From a virus (taxonomy: Duplodnaviria; Caudoviricetes): 40,871 nucleotides of DNA. Within the stretch, counting starts at the first letter, position 1, and the number at the start of each line of letters is the position of its first letter. Below, one piece after another: positions 7,193 to 16,553 of the stretch. The stretch is taken from positions 1 to 40,871 of the IMG/VR virus record IMGVR_UViG_3300048892_000050; one strand, given 5' to 3'. Below the pieces are notes generated by a model. That model searched no databases and had not been told where the DNA came from. It saw only the letters and a list, made by a program, of their open reading frames with translations. The position numbers were made by a program, and so were the translations under genes.

Positions 7193-7671
7193 AAAGGCGC
7201 GATGTTCTCGCTAGGTTTGAGAGCAAGTACGAGCCGGTCACCGAGTCCGGTTGTTGGTTATGGACCGCAAGTTGCGGCCAATATGGCTATGGACAGTTCA
7301 GTTTAAAGAACAGCCCGCGTTTTTCACATCGGGTAGCTTGGGAGCTTTACAAGGGTGAAATTCCCGAAGGGATGTGCGTTCTGCACAAGTGTGATACCCC
7401 GGCTTGCGTCAATCCAAATCACCTCTTTCTAGGAACGCGGCGGGACAATAACGCCGATATGTGCGCCAAGGGACGGTTTCGCGGTTACTGGCCCAGTGGT
7501 GAAAAGCACGGCAACGCTCGCCTTTCACTTGAGCAGGTGACCGCAATTCTGGCTGACAAACGGCTCCAGAAAACCATAGCCGTCAGCTACGGCATGAGTC
7601 AGTCACAGATAAGCAATATAAAGCGCCGACAGCATTGGAAGTCCGTGGAACAAAGTCGTGGAACGCAATAA
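7189..7671 (+). CDS. HNH endonuclease with C-terminal HTH
   Basis: SGCWLW, SHRVAWE, VLHKCDTPACVNPNHLFLGTRRDNNAD. Confidence 0.9.
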   Translation: MKRRDVLARFESKYEPVTESGCWLWTASCGQYGYGQFSLKNSPRFSHRVAWELYKGEIPEGMCVLHKCDTPACVNPNHLFLGTRRDNNADMCAKGRFRGYWPSGEKHGNARLSLEQVTAILADKRLQKTIAVSYGMSQSQISNIKRRQHWKSVEQSRGTQ

Positions 7672-7927
7672 ACAAAGGCAAGATATGCCGCGTAGTCCTG
7701 GCCGTCCTAAAGGATCGGTCAACAAAGTGACTGGCGACGTTAAGGCAATGATTCTGGCTGCTTTAGATAAGGCAGGCGGCGCTGACTATCTCTTGGAGCA
7801 ATCAAAAGAAAACCCGAGCGCCTTCCTGACTTTAGTCGGCAAGGTTTTGCCATTAACTGTGTCTGGCGACCCTAATAGCCCGGTAGTGCATCGCATTGAA
7901 CGCATTATTGTCCGCGCTCAGAATTGA
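7658..7927 (+). CDS. Terminase small subunit (putative; alternative start 7685)
   Basis: GRPKGSVNK, ENPSAFLTLVGKVLP; directly upstream of TerL. Confidence 0.75.
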   Translation: MERNKQRQDMPRSPGRPKGSVNKVTGDVKAMILAALDKAGGADYLLEQSKENPSAFLTLVGKVLPLTVSGDPNSPVVHRIERIIVRAQN

Positions 7928-9206
7928 GACCGCAGAGGTCTTTGAGCCGCTTTTGGCTCCCGCTCGTGATAAAGGGGCGTTTGGTGGCCGTGGCTCAGGC
8001 AAGTCCCATTTCTTCGCCGGGTTACTCATTGACGATAGCTTGGCCGAGCCAGGCGAAACCGGCGAAGGTCTGCGCTCAGTATGCATCCGCGAGGTTCAGA
8101 AGGACTTGGCGCAGTCATCCAAGGCGCTCATTGAGTCGAAACTACGCGAGTTCGGGCTAGGTGAGCGGGATGGCTTCAAGGTCTTTCGGGAGCAGATACA
8201 AACTCCTGGCGATGGCCTGATTATCTTCAAGGGCATGCAGGAATACACCGCCGAGTCAGTGAAGTCGCTGGAAGGCTACAAGCGGGCATGGTGGGAAGAG
8301 GCCCAGACGGCCAGTGCTGGTTCAATCAGCATCCTGCGTCCGACGATGCGCGGCGAAGGCTCCCAAATGTGGTGGAGTTGGAACGCTCGTCGTAAGACAG
8401 ACGCGGTGGATAAGATGCTCCGTGGCCCTGAGATTCCTACCGGGGCTATTGTGGTCAAGGCCAACTGGCGCGATAACCCATGGTTTACGGGGGTTCTGGA
8501 ACAAGAGCGCCTAGACTGCAAGCGCCTACAACCGGACCAATACGCCCATATCTGGGAAGGCGATTACGTCACCATTAGTTCCGGCGCTTATTGGGCGAAA
8601 GAGCTGGTTGCCGCTCGTTCCGAGGACCGCATCGGTCGGGTCGCCGCTGATCCGTTGATGACCTATCGGGCTTATTGCGATATTGGCGGAACGGGCGCAA
8701 AAGCGGACGCCTTCGCTATGTGGATTGCGCAGTTCATTGGCCGCGAGATTCGGGCGCTCAATTACTATGAAGCCCAAGGGCAGCCGCTGGCTACGCATAT
8801 CGCATGGCTTCGGGAAAACGGGTATGGTAGCGCGCAGATCATCCTTCCGCATGATGGCGTGACCCATGACAAGGTATACAACGTCAGCTTTGAAAGCGCG
8901 TTCCGGCAAGCCGGGTTTGACGTGCGCGTGATTCCAAACATGGGCGCTGGCGCGGCAAACGCTCGCATTGAGTGCGCTCGCCGCGTGTTCCCCAATATCT
9001 TCTTCAACGAAGCCACGACCAGCGCGGGCCGTGACGCTCTGGGCTGGTATCACGAGCGCAAGGACGATGTGCGCGGAATTGGCTTAGGGCCGGAACACGA
9101 TTGGGCCTCACACGGATCGGATAGTTTTGGCATGATGTGTATTGACTACACACTTCCACCCTTTGGAAAGGGAAAACCCATCACCTTCGCGCCGCAATTC
9201 GCATGA
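7896..9206 (+). CDS. terL: Terminase large subunit (PBSX/Terminase_3 type)
   Basis: Walker A GGRGSGKS, CIREVQK, Walker B WWEEAQ, nuclease motifs CDIG, LPHDG, HDWASHGSD. Confidence 0.95.
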   Translation: MNALLSALRIETAEVFEPLLAPARDKGAFGGRGSGKSHFFAGLLIDDSLAEPGETGEGLRSVCIREVQKDLAQSSKALIESKLREFGLGERDGFKVFREQIQTPGDGLIIFKGMQEYTAESVKSLEGYKRAWWEEAQTASAGSISILRPTMRGEGSQMWWSWNARRKTDAVDKMLRGPEIPTGAIVVKANWRDNPWFTGVLEQERLDCKRLQPDQYAHIWEGDYVTISSGAYWAKELVAARSEDRIGRVAADPLMTYRAYCDIGGTGAKADAFAMWIAQFIGREIRALNYYEAQGQPLATHIAWLRENGYGSAQIILPHDGVTHDKVYNVSFESAFRQAGFDVRVIPNMGAGAANARIECARRVFPNIFFNEATTSAGRDALGWYHERKDDVRGIGLGPEHDWASHGSDSFGMMCIDYTLPPFGKGKPITFAPQFA

Positions 9207-9219
9207 GGACGTGACCTAA

Positions 9220-11472
9220 ATGGCTAAGCGCAAGGACGCGCTCGATCCACTGGCCCAGATGCGCAAGGACTATGAGTTGGACTCATCGTTCTGCGCAGCG
9301 AAGTATGGCGAATGCATCAAGGACATTCGGTTCGCCTTTATTCCCGGCGAGCAGCAAAAAGAGGCGATGAACCCTCGGGCGCAGTACGAGTTCAACAAGA
9401 CTCGCCCTGTCGTCAAGTCCGTGACCAACGACATGCGCCAGAACGACCCGGCCATCAAGGTCCGGGCGATGGAAGACGGCCATAAGCACCTAGCCGAGAT
9501 GCTAAACGGCATCATCAAGACCATTGAGGCCCAGTCGCAGGCCAATACCGCCTATGACACAGGCGGCTTCTTTGCCGCATCCGGTGGCTATGGCGTGATC
9601 GGCATCAACACGCAGTACACCGACGATGACGCTTTCGAGCAGGACATCCGCATCGAGGAAAAACGCGATCCGTTCAGCATCATCTTCGACTGCCGGGCCA
9701 AGGCGTTCGACAAGCGCGACTCCCGCCGGGTCTGGGAATGGACCGATCTGGACCGCTCGGAGTTTGAAGACCTGTATCCCGATGCGGACATGGTGGACTT
9801 CACGCCGATGGGCAGCCCCAACTCCATGACGGGCTGGTACACGGAAAAGACCGTCCGGATTGTCAAACTGTGGAAGCGTGAGCCGATCACGAAAACGATC
9901 TATCAGCTATCCGATGGTCGGGTGCTGGATGAGGACGACTATCAGGCCGAGATGCCGCTGCTGAACAAGCCGGTGCAGCCCGATTCGGGCGTAGGCATGC
10001 AGCCTCCGGCTCCGCCGCTGACCCTCAAGAACCAACGCACCGTCAAGTCCAACAAGATCACCTGGCAAATCTGCTCCGGCAAAGAAGTGCTGGACGGCCC
10101 CCACGACTGGGCTGGCAAGTGGATACCGCTAGTCCCGGTCTGGGGCGAGTCGGTCAATGTGGAAGGCGAGGAGTACTACTCCGGTCTGGTCCGTCCGATC
10201 AAGGACAGCCAGCGCCTGTTCAACTGGAACGTGGCGATTGGCATGGAGACGCTGGGCAATCAGCCGCGCTCGCCACTCATGTTCACGGCCAAGATGATCG
10301 AAGGGTACGAGGAAGCGTATCGGAATCTGGGCAAGGACAATGCGCCGGGATTGCCGTATAACGTCGATCCTGCCGTTCCCGGCGGTCGTCCGTCCCGTGA
10401 AGCGCCTCCGGCCTTCCCCGGTGGATTCTTTGAGGCAAGCCAATTCAGCGCCGACCTTATCAAGTCGGTGAGCAATGTGGTCGATGCGCCGATCCAATCG
10501 AAAGCCAGTTCCGGCAAAGCGATTCAGGCTGTCGAGAACCAGCAGGACGTGGGCAACTTCGACTACATCGACAATCTGGCCCGCGCCAAGGCGTTTGTCG
10601 GTGAGATTCTGGTAGACCTGATCCCGAAGATTTACGACACCGAACGCCAGATCATGATCCTGGGCGAAGATGGGAAAGAGTCCTACGCGCAGTTGAATCA
10701 GTCGGTGTATGTAACCCAAGACGGCCAATCCATCCCGCGTGAGCAGTTCGAGCAAGCCCAGCAACAAGGCATGCAGATACCTCCGGGCCAGTGGCAGGTT
10801 ATCAACGACCTCTCGCAAGGCAAGTACGCGGTCACGGTTACGGTTGGCCCGAACTACGCCACGCAGCGCATGGAAACAGTCGCGGTCCTGTCCCAGCTCG
10901 CCGGCAATCCCGATCCGGTCATTTCCTCGGTCGCGGCCTACCTTATCGTCAAGAACACCGATTCGCCGGGCACGGAAGAGATGGAAAAGGCGATGCGCCA
11001 GCGCTTGATTGCGCAAGGCGCCTTGGAACCGGGTGAAGGCGATCAGCCGCCGCAGCAACAAGGCCCGTCGCCGGATGACCAGTTGAAGCAGGCCCAGGCG
11101 CAGAAAGTGCAGGCCGAAACCGCCAAGACGGTCAAGGAATTGCAGCAGACGCCGGAAGCGTCTGACCCGACGCTCGATTGGGCCAAGCTGGAGATTCAGC
11201 GCTACGACTCGATCACGAAGCGCATGGCGCTAGGCGTGGATGTATCCAATGCGGAGCGGCAGTTCGTATTGGATCACGCAATTGCTCTGCACGACGCCCA
11301 CATGCAGGTCGCCCAGCACGAACAGCAAGTTCCGATGCAGGGCATGGACTTGGCACACCAGCAGCAGACGCAGGCCATGCAGCAGGCGCATGAGCAGCAG
11401 ATGGCCGCAATGCAGCAGCAACACCAGCAGCAAATGCTTCGTATGAAACCCCAACCCAATGGACAAGGATAA
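9220..11472 (+). CDS. P22-like portal protein
   Basis: 750 aa after TerL; FNKTRPVV, IPLVPVWG, GLVRPIKDSQRLFN, SGKAI, LIPKIYDTER, GKYAVTVTVGPNYATQR; long coiled-coil C-terminus. Confidence 0.9.
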   Translation: MAKRKDALDPLAQMRKDYELDSSFCAAKYGECIKDIRFAFIPGEQQKEAMNPRAQYEFNKTRPVVKSVTNDMRQNDPAIKVRAMEDGHKHLAEMLNGIIKTIEAQSQANTAYDTGGFFAASGGYGVIGINTQYTDDDAFEQDIRIEEKRDPFSIIFDCRAKAFDKRDSRRVWEWTDLDRSEFEDLYPDADMVDFTPMGSPNSMTGWYTEKTVRIVKLWKREPITKTIYQLSDGRVLDEDDYQAEMPLLNKPVQPDSGVGMQPPAPPLTLKNQRTVKSNKITWQICSGKEVLDGPHDWAGKWIPLVPVWGESVNVEGEEYYSGLVRPIKDSQRLFNWNVAIGMETLGNQPRSPLMFTAKMIEGYEEAYRNLGKDNAPGLPYNVDPAVPGGRPSREAPPAFPGGFFEASQFSADLIKSVSNVVDAPIQSKASSGKAIQAVENQQDVGNFDYIDNLARAKAFVGEILVDLIPKIYDTERQIMILGEDGKESYAQLNQSVYVTQDGQSIPREQFEQAQQQGMQIPPGQWQVINDLSQGKYAVTVTVGPNYATQRMETVAVLSQLAGNPDPVISSVAAYLIVKNTDSPGTEEMEKAMRQRLIAQGALEPGEGDQPPQQQGPSPDDQLKQAQAQKVQAETAKTVKELQQTPEASDPTLDWAKLEIQRYDSITKRMALGVDVSNAERQFVLDHAIALHDAHMQVAQHEQQVPMQGMDLAHQQQTQAMQQAHEQQMAAMQQQHQQQMLRMKPQPNGQG

Positions 11473-11475
11473 GCC

Positions 11476-11751
11476 ATGGCCGCGACCGAATTGATCGCTG
11501 ACGGCACCACGCTCGCCAACTCGGCGGACTTCACGCTGGTCGGTACGACCGATCGGACCCTGTATTTGCGCTATGCGCCGAACGCGGGAACGCAGATCAA
11601 GTACTACATCCAGCACAAGAACTCGGACAGCACGTACACGACCTGTATTGTGTTGACGCCGGAAAATGCGCCGTTGACATTGGATGGATCGGGTGAATTT
11701 CGGGCACAGCGACAGGCGTCTGCGGCTTCATCTGCGCTCGATATTGATTGA
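11476..11751 (+). CDS. Small beta-rich putative virion protein
   Basis: AAGGA RBS; lies between portal and scaffold. Confidence 0.6.
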   Translation: MAATELIADGTTLANSADFTLVGTTDRTLYLRYAPNAGTQIKYYIQHKNSDSTYTTCIVLTPENAPLTLDGSGEFRAQRQASAASSALDID

Positions 11752-11758
11752 GGTTTCT

Positions 11759-11944
11759 ATGAAGTCGCGCAATGCAGAAGGCGGAACATTGGGCCGACCA
11801 TTAGCTAAGCCACTGGCGTCCGTCCTCGGACAGCAATCGGCCGAGGGAACCTCCGGTGGCGGACTGATCGCTGGCTCTATTTTGCTGGAAAGCGCTTTTT
11901 TCATTCTGATGGAAGATGGCAGCCTCATATTGCTGGAGCAATAA
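11759..11944 (+). CDS. Small putative virion protein with ILLE-x repeats
   Basis: GAGG RBS; ends ILLESAFFILMEDGSLILLEQ. Confidence 0.6.
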   Translation: MKSRNAEGGTLGRPLAKPLASVLGQQSAEGTSGGGLIAGSILLESAFFILMEDGSLILLEQ

Positions 11945-11947
11945 ACC

Positions 11948-12814
11948 ATGGCAAACACAAAAATAAGCGCGATGACGGCGGCGGCGGCTTTGGATGGCAC
12001 GGAACTGGTTCCCGTGGTCCAAGGCGGCGGCAACGTCAAGGCGACCACGCAGGACATTGCGGACTTAGCAGGCGGCGGCGGTCTGGTTGACCAAACGCTG
12101 GCATCCAGCGTGACTGTCACCATGCCCGGCGAATCGGTGAAGTTCGCCGGCACGCGCACGTCAGGTACCGTCACCGCCACGTCGAATTGCTGGATTAACT
12201 TCGACGGCGACGCGGACGCGGGGTATGACGAGTTCTACTTCAATTCCGTCATCGTTGACTCGGCGGGCGCGGGGCAGGCCGCAACGGCCGGCATTGACGT
12301 TTACACAGGCATTGATGGCGACCCGTCATCTGCCAATGTAGTTCTGGGCGCAAGCGGCGTCACAGGCACCGTTCAAAGCAGCGGCTCGCTTCAGTTGATG
12401 AAGGATGCACAGAACTTCACCTCGACGTATACCGACTCCGGTACGCCTGCAAATAACCATTCCGCCGACTTGGAAGTGGGTGCTAGCGCCACCCGCGCTT
12501 ATGTGCAGGTCACGGGCGACCTAGTGCTGAAAAACGGCGTCTTTGCCACGCAAGCGGCAGCCCCTACGCTGACCAGCGGCGCGACGATTGCGCCGACGCG
12601 GCAGATCAGCTTTGTGTCCGGCACGACCGACATCGTGAACATTACCGCGCCAACAGAATTTGCCACGGGCGGGGGGTTTATCACGCTGATTCCAACCGGG
12701 CTATGGCATACGACCAATGCCGGCAACATCGCCATCGCCACGACGGCCGTGGTCAGCAAGGCGCTCATCATGACCTACGATCACACCAGCGCAAAGTGGT
12801 ATCCAAGCTACTGA
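11948..12814 (+). CDS. Putative head fibre / decoration protein
   Basis: N-terminus MANTKISAMTAAAALDGTELVPVVQGG typical of fibre anchors; T/A/G/S-rich beta composition. Confidence 0.6.
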   Translation: MANTKISAMTAAAALDGTELVPVVQGGGNVKATTQDIADLAGGGGLVDQTLASSVTVTMPGESVKFAGTRTSGTVTATSNCWINFDGDADAGYDEFYFNSVIVDSAGAGQAATAGIDVYTGIDGDPSSANVVLGASGVTGTVQSSGSLQLMKDAQNFTSTYTDSGTPANNHSADLEVGASATRAYVQVTGDLVLKNGVFATQAAAPTLTSGATIAPTRQISFVSGTTDIVNITAPTEFATGGGFITLIPTGLWHTTNAGNIAIATTAVVSKALIMTYDHTSAKWYPSY

Positions 12815-12825
12815 TTAAAACCGAA

Positions 12826-12842
12826 GCGGGCCGGACGCCCGC
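12826..12842 (+). promoter_or_regulatory. Hairpin upstream of scaffold gene (possible translational autoregulation site)
   Basis: GCGGGC-CGGAC-GCCCGC about 27 nt before the scaffold ATG; P22 scaffold is known to autoregulate its translation. Confidence 0.35.
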
Positions 12843-12868
12843 GCCTATAACGCAAAGGATTGCGCGCA

Positions 12869-13804
12869 ATGGACAACAACGAAATCGCTACCCGCCACGC
12901 AGCCGTGCTGGAATCCATCGGCAAAGCCAATGGCGAAGCCCCCAAACCTATTGACAATGCGCCGCCGCAAGCGGACATTACTGAACAGCCGGACACTCCG
13001 GTAGCCGCTCCCGTTGAAGGTCAGGATGACCAAGACGCGGAGGAAAATGACGACGCGGACTCGGCAGACGCGGACGGTGATGAAGCCACCGCGCCCAAGC
13101 GAAAACAATCGCGCCGGGAGCAAAAACGCTTCGATAGGATGACGCGGGACAAGTACGAGGCCATCCGTAGGGCGGATGCGCTGGAACTGCGGTTACAACT
13201 GGCCGAGCAGTACATTCAGGCCCAGCAGCCGCAGCAACCCGGTTCTACGCAGGCCGTGCACGGTGAACCCACGCTCGAACAGTTCGGATACGACCAGGAA
13301 GCCTTCCAGAAAGCCGAGCGTCAATGGCTGATTACGGAAGCCAAGAAGGCCGCCCGACAGGAAATTGAGCAAGAGTTCACCCAGCGTCAGATAGCAGAGC
13401 AGGGCACGCGATTCAATCAGCGCGTGGCCGAGCTGGAAAAGAAGATGCCTGGTGCATGGCAACGTGCGACCACGGCCCCTTTGGTGACGACTCCGATCAT
13501 GGAGCAGGTCATTTTCCACTCGGACGTTGGTCCCGAAGTCGGGGTTTACCTTGCCGAGCATCTGGACGATGCACAGGCCATTTCGCGGCTGCCGCCGATG
13601 CAGCAAGCCGTCGCCATGGGTCGGATTGAAGCTGCGGTGAAAGCCGCTCCCGCCGCCCCGCCTCGCCCGCCGAAAGCCCTCACCGCCGCGCCTGCGCCGT
13701 CTGCGCCGTTGCCCTCGGGATCGTCTGCCAGCAAGAAGAAGTTGGAAGACCAGTCGATTGAGGATCGCATCGCCGCCATTCGGCAATACAGCGCCAACCA
13801 TTAA
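12869..13804 (+). CDS. Scaffolding protein
   Basis: Acidic N-terminus, coiled coil (KRFDRMTRDKYEA), EPTLEQFGYD, GPEVGVYLA, Pro/Ala linker; directly upstream of coat. Confidence 0.85.
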   Translation: MDNNEIATRHAAVLESIGKANGEAPKPIDNAPPQADITEQPDTPVAAPVEGQDDQDAEENDDADSADADGDEATAPKRKQSRREQKRFDRMTRDKYEAIRRADALELRLQLAEQYIQAQQPQQPGSTQAVHGEPTLEQFGYDQEAFQKAERQWLITEAKKAARQEIEQEFTQRQIAEQGTRFNQRVAELEKKMPGAWQRATTAPLVTTPIMEQVIFHSDVGPEVGVYLAEHLDDAQAISRLPPMQQAVAMGRIEAAVKAAPAAPPRPPKALTAAPAPSAPLPSGSSASKKKLEDQSIEDRIAAIRQYSANH

Positions 13805-13828
13805 ACCCCAAGGGAAGGAACCCTGGAA

Positions 13829-15028
13829 ATGGCAAACTCTTTTTCGACCAGTAGCATCGTTCTCAAGGAAATGCTGGCTGTGCTGGCACAGAAGCCGACG
13901 TTCCTCAACACCATCAATCGACAGTACAACGACGCATTTTCCGGCAATTCACAGACCGGCGCGGCCGTCGGCGATACCGTCAACGTCCGTATCCCGCAGC
14001 GCACCGTGATCCGTACGGGCCGCGTGATGAACGTCCAGCCCATCGTCCAGCAGACCATGCCGGTGTCGTTGCAGTTCTATACCGGCGCGGATACCGGCAT
14101 CAACTCCATCGAACAGACCCTGGATATCGACAACTTCCGCGAACTGGTCATCAAGCCGAAAGCGGCGGACCTGATCGCCAAGATCGAATCGGACATCCTG
14201 GGCGTCTGCGTTCCCAAGATTCCGCAGTACGCGGGCGATTGGGGCAGCTTCAATGACCGAAGCACGGCGCTGCAAGCGGGCTACCTGCTCGACAACAACC
14301 TTGCCCCGGTGGACAACCGCTACATGTTGACCAACCCGAAGGCCGGCGCGGATTTCGTCGATGCCAACTCGCAGATTTTCAACAACCAGTCCAAGATCGC
14401 CAACCAGTACGACACGGGTCGCATGGGCAAGGGCGTCCTCGGCTTTGACTGGGACAGCACCACGCTGATCCCGGCCCTGACCCGAGGCACCGCGAACACC
14501 GCCTACACCTTGAACGGTGTCCCGGCCGCGACCGGAGCCACCGGCTTTGTCGTGCAGGCGGGCACCGGCACGTTGAAGGCGGGCGACATCATCACCGTCG
14601 CTGGCGTGAATGCCTGCCATCCGCAGACCAAGACCGATCTGGGCTATCTGATGGAGTTTGTCGTTACGACCGATTACGTCGGCGGCGCGGGCACCGTGTC
14701 GATCTCCCCGACCTACGTCCTGACCGGCTCGGAGCAGAACGTGTTTGCGGCTCCCACGTCCACCGCAGCCATCACTGTCGGCGGCGCGTCGGGCACCTAC
14801 CAGAACTCCATCGCTTACTCCAAGGATGCGTTCTATGCGGTGTTTGCCGATCTTCCGAACCCGAAGGACATGGGCGTCGATTGCTCGGTCATGACCTGGA
14901 ACGGCATCCGCCTGCGCTACATGCAGGGCTGGGACATCACCAACGACCAGTTGCTGTCGCGCTTCGACTGCCTGTACGGCGGCGGCATCCTGCGTCCGCA
15001 GTTGTCCGTCCGCATCCCGAACACCTGA
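13829..15028 (+). CDS. Major capsid protein (P22 gp5-like)
   Basis: MANSF..., INRQYND, GDTVNVRIP, GTLKAGDIITVAGV, RFDCLYG; strong codon bias. Confidence 0.92.
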   Translation: MANSFSTSSIVLKEMLAVLAQKPTFLNTINRQYNDAFSGNSQTGAAVGDTVNVRIPQRTVIRTGRVMNVQPIVQQTMPVSLQFYTGADTGINSIEQTLDIDNFRELVIKPKAADLIAKIESDILGVCVPKIPQYAGDWGSFNDRSTALQAGYLLDNNLAPVDNRYMLTNPKAGADFVDANSQIFNNQSKIANQYDTGRMGKGVLGFDWDSTTLIPALTRGTANTAYTLNGVPAATGATGFVVQAGTGTLKAGDIITVAGVNACHPQTKTDLGYLMEFVVTTDYVGGAGTVSISPTYVLTGSEQNVFAAPTSTAAITVGGASGTYQNSIAYSKDAFYAVFADLPNPKDMGVDCSVMTWNGIRLRYMQGWDITNDQLLSRFDCLYGGGILRPQLSVRIPNT

Positions 15029-15040
15029 TAGGAGAATGAC

Positions 15041-15292
15041 ATGAGTCTTGATCGCGAGAGTGACGAGTTTTACGTAGCCCCGAATACCAGCGATGGTGCC
15101 TTGATCGGCAAAACCGCTGCCTGGAAAGTCGGCTTTTACGGCAAGGTGCCGGTGGTGCAGCGTCCGTATTCCAGTGCGGTCCATGCGACTTCGGCCCTGT
15201 CGTCTTCGACCGACTTCGGCGCGACCCAGTTGGCGTGGGCGCAAGAGGTAAGCAATACGCTCATAGGGCTTGGCGTGTGGGCAACCGTCTAG
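15041..15292 (+). CDS. Small capsid-associated protein
   Basis: AGGAG RBS; co-transcribed with coat before the terminator; KVGFYGKVPVVQ motif. Confidence 0.7.
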   Translation: MSLDRESDEFYVAPNTSDGALIGKTAAWKVGFYGKVPVVQRPYSSAVHATSALSSSTDFGATQLAWAQEVSNTLIGLGVWATV

Positions 15293-15312
15293 CCTGACAA
15301 GCAACAGAAAGT

Positions 15313-15340
15313 GGGGCCGGAATTCCCCGGCCCCGTTTTT
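15313..15340 (+). terminator. Intrinsic terminator after capsid genes
   Basis: GGGGCCGG-AATTCC-CCGGCCCC followed by GTTTTT. Confidence 0.8.
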
Positions 15341-15351
15341 GCGAGGGCGTG

Positions 15352-16143
15352 ATGGCCGTTACCACAATAGACACCCCATTCAATTTCCCTTCGCACGCCA
15401 TCAAAGACGATGGCGCAAAGAAGGTCGTTTTCTGCATTCCGACCATTTCCAAGCCTTATCAGCCCACTTTGGACAGCTTGGCAGCCTCGATTCCGCTAAT
15501 CATCGCGGCAGGATGGGATGAGGGCACGGTGTATCAGATCGGATGCCCCTATATCTCCGCAGCGCGCTCGACCATGCTGCGCAAAGCCTTGGACGCCAAG
15601 GCGACGGTCATCGTTTTCATCGACCACGACCTATCCTGGGAGCCGGGAGACCTGCTGCGCCTGATCGAAACGGAAGGCGACGTGGTTGCCGGTACGTATC
15701 GGTTCAAGGGTGAGCCAGAAGAGTACATGGGTGCGATTTTCCCCGGTCCCGATGAGTGCCCGATTGTTCGTGATGATGGCTGTATCAAAGCCCATTCGAT
15801 CCCTGCCGGCTTCCTGAAAATCACCCGGCAAGGTGTCAACAAGTTCATCGCCGCGTATCCGGAACTCACCTATGGCGAGAAATGCTCGCCTGCAATTGAC
15901 TTGTTCAACCACGGCGCGATGGGCGGAATTTGGCACGGGGAAGACTATGCCTTTGCCAAACGGTGGCGTGAGAAATGCGGCGATATCTGGGTAATCCCCG
16001 ATTTGCCGCTAACGCATTGGTCGGGCGAAATGGCCTATCCGGGAAATTTTCACAACTTTTTGCAACGTCAGCCGGGTGGCAGTCAAGACCCGAACCGCGA
16101 GCCCGATGAAATGCAACGCATCCCTCTTCTGAGTGTCGCCTAA
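15352..16143 (+). CDS. GT-A fold (family 2-like) glycosyltransferase
   Basis: VVFCIPT, ISAARS, DxD motif FIDHD, AGFLKITR, GEDYAF, LTHW. Confidence 0.85.
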   Translation: MAVTTIDTPFNFPSHAIKDDGAKKVVFCIPTISKPYQPTLDSLAASIPLIIAAGWDEGTVYQIGCPYISAARSTMLRKALDAKATVIVFIDHDLSWEPGDLLRLIETEGDVVAGTYRFKGEPEEYMGAIFPGPDECPIVRDDGCIKAHSIPAGFLKITRQGVNKFIAAYPELTYGEKCSPAIDLFNHGAMGGIWHGEDYAFAKRWREKCGDIWVIPDLPLTHWSGEMAYPGNFHNFLQRQPGGSQDPNREPDEMQRIPLLSVA

Positions 16144-16553
16144 TGGCCCTGGTATCAAGCATCGTCCGCAGCGCCCTGCTCAACCTGAAAGCGATTGACG
16201 CGGCCAGTGCCGTGCCCGCGCAGGACATGGAGGACGCCATCGCACAGATGAACCGCATGTGCACGCGCTGGGAGGCAAGCGGCCTCGCCATGGGCTGGAG
16301 CAACGTCTCGGCCCCCGATGACACGATGCCGTCCCCCGATGAGGCGGAACTGGCGATCATCTACAACCTGTCGATCCTGCTGCAAGGGTATGCGCGGCCC
16401 AGCGATTTCAGCGTGGTGCTGGAAGGCGCACAGACCTATCTGGCGGACCTGCGCCGTGACCGTCTGATGGAAGTCCCGCTGCGCATGACTAGTGACTTGC
16501 CCATGCCCGAGCGCGGCGGACACTTCAACTGCATCACGGACGAATACAATTGA
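16143..16553 (+). CDS. Head-to-tail adaptor (P22 gp4-like)
   Basis: Helical 136 aa, MNRMCTRWE, AIIYNL; synteny before gp10-like gene. Confidence 0.75.
   Translation: MALVSSIVRSALLNLKAIDAASAVPAQDMEDAIAQMNRMCTRWEASGLAMGWSNVSAPDDTMPSPDEAELAIIYNLSILLQGYARPSDFSVVLEGAQTYLADLRRDRLMEVPLRMTSDLPMPERGGHFNCITDEYN

Noticed and set aside
13949-15304. 451-aa minus-strand ORF, and similar long antisense ORFs at 10129-11061 and 24463-25356
   Set aside because: Shadow frames of strongly codon-biased, GC-rich structural genes; no motifs or RBS
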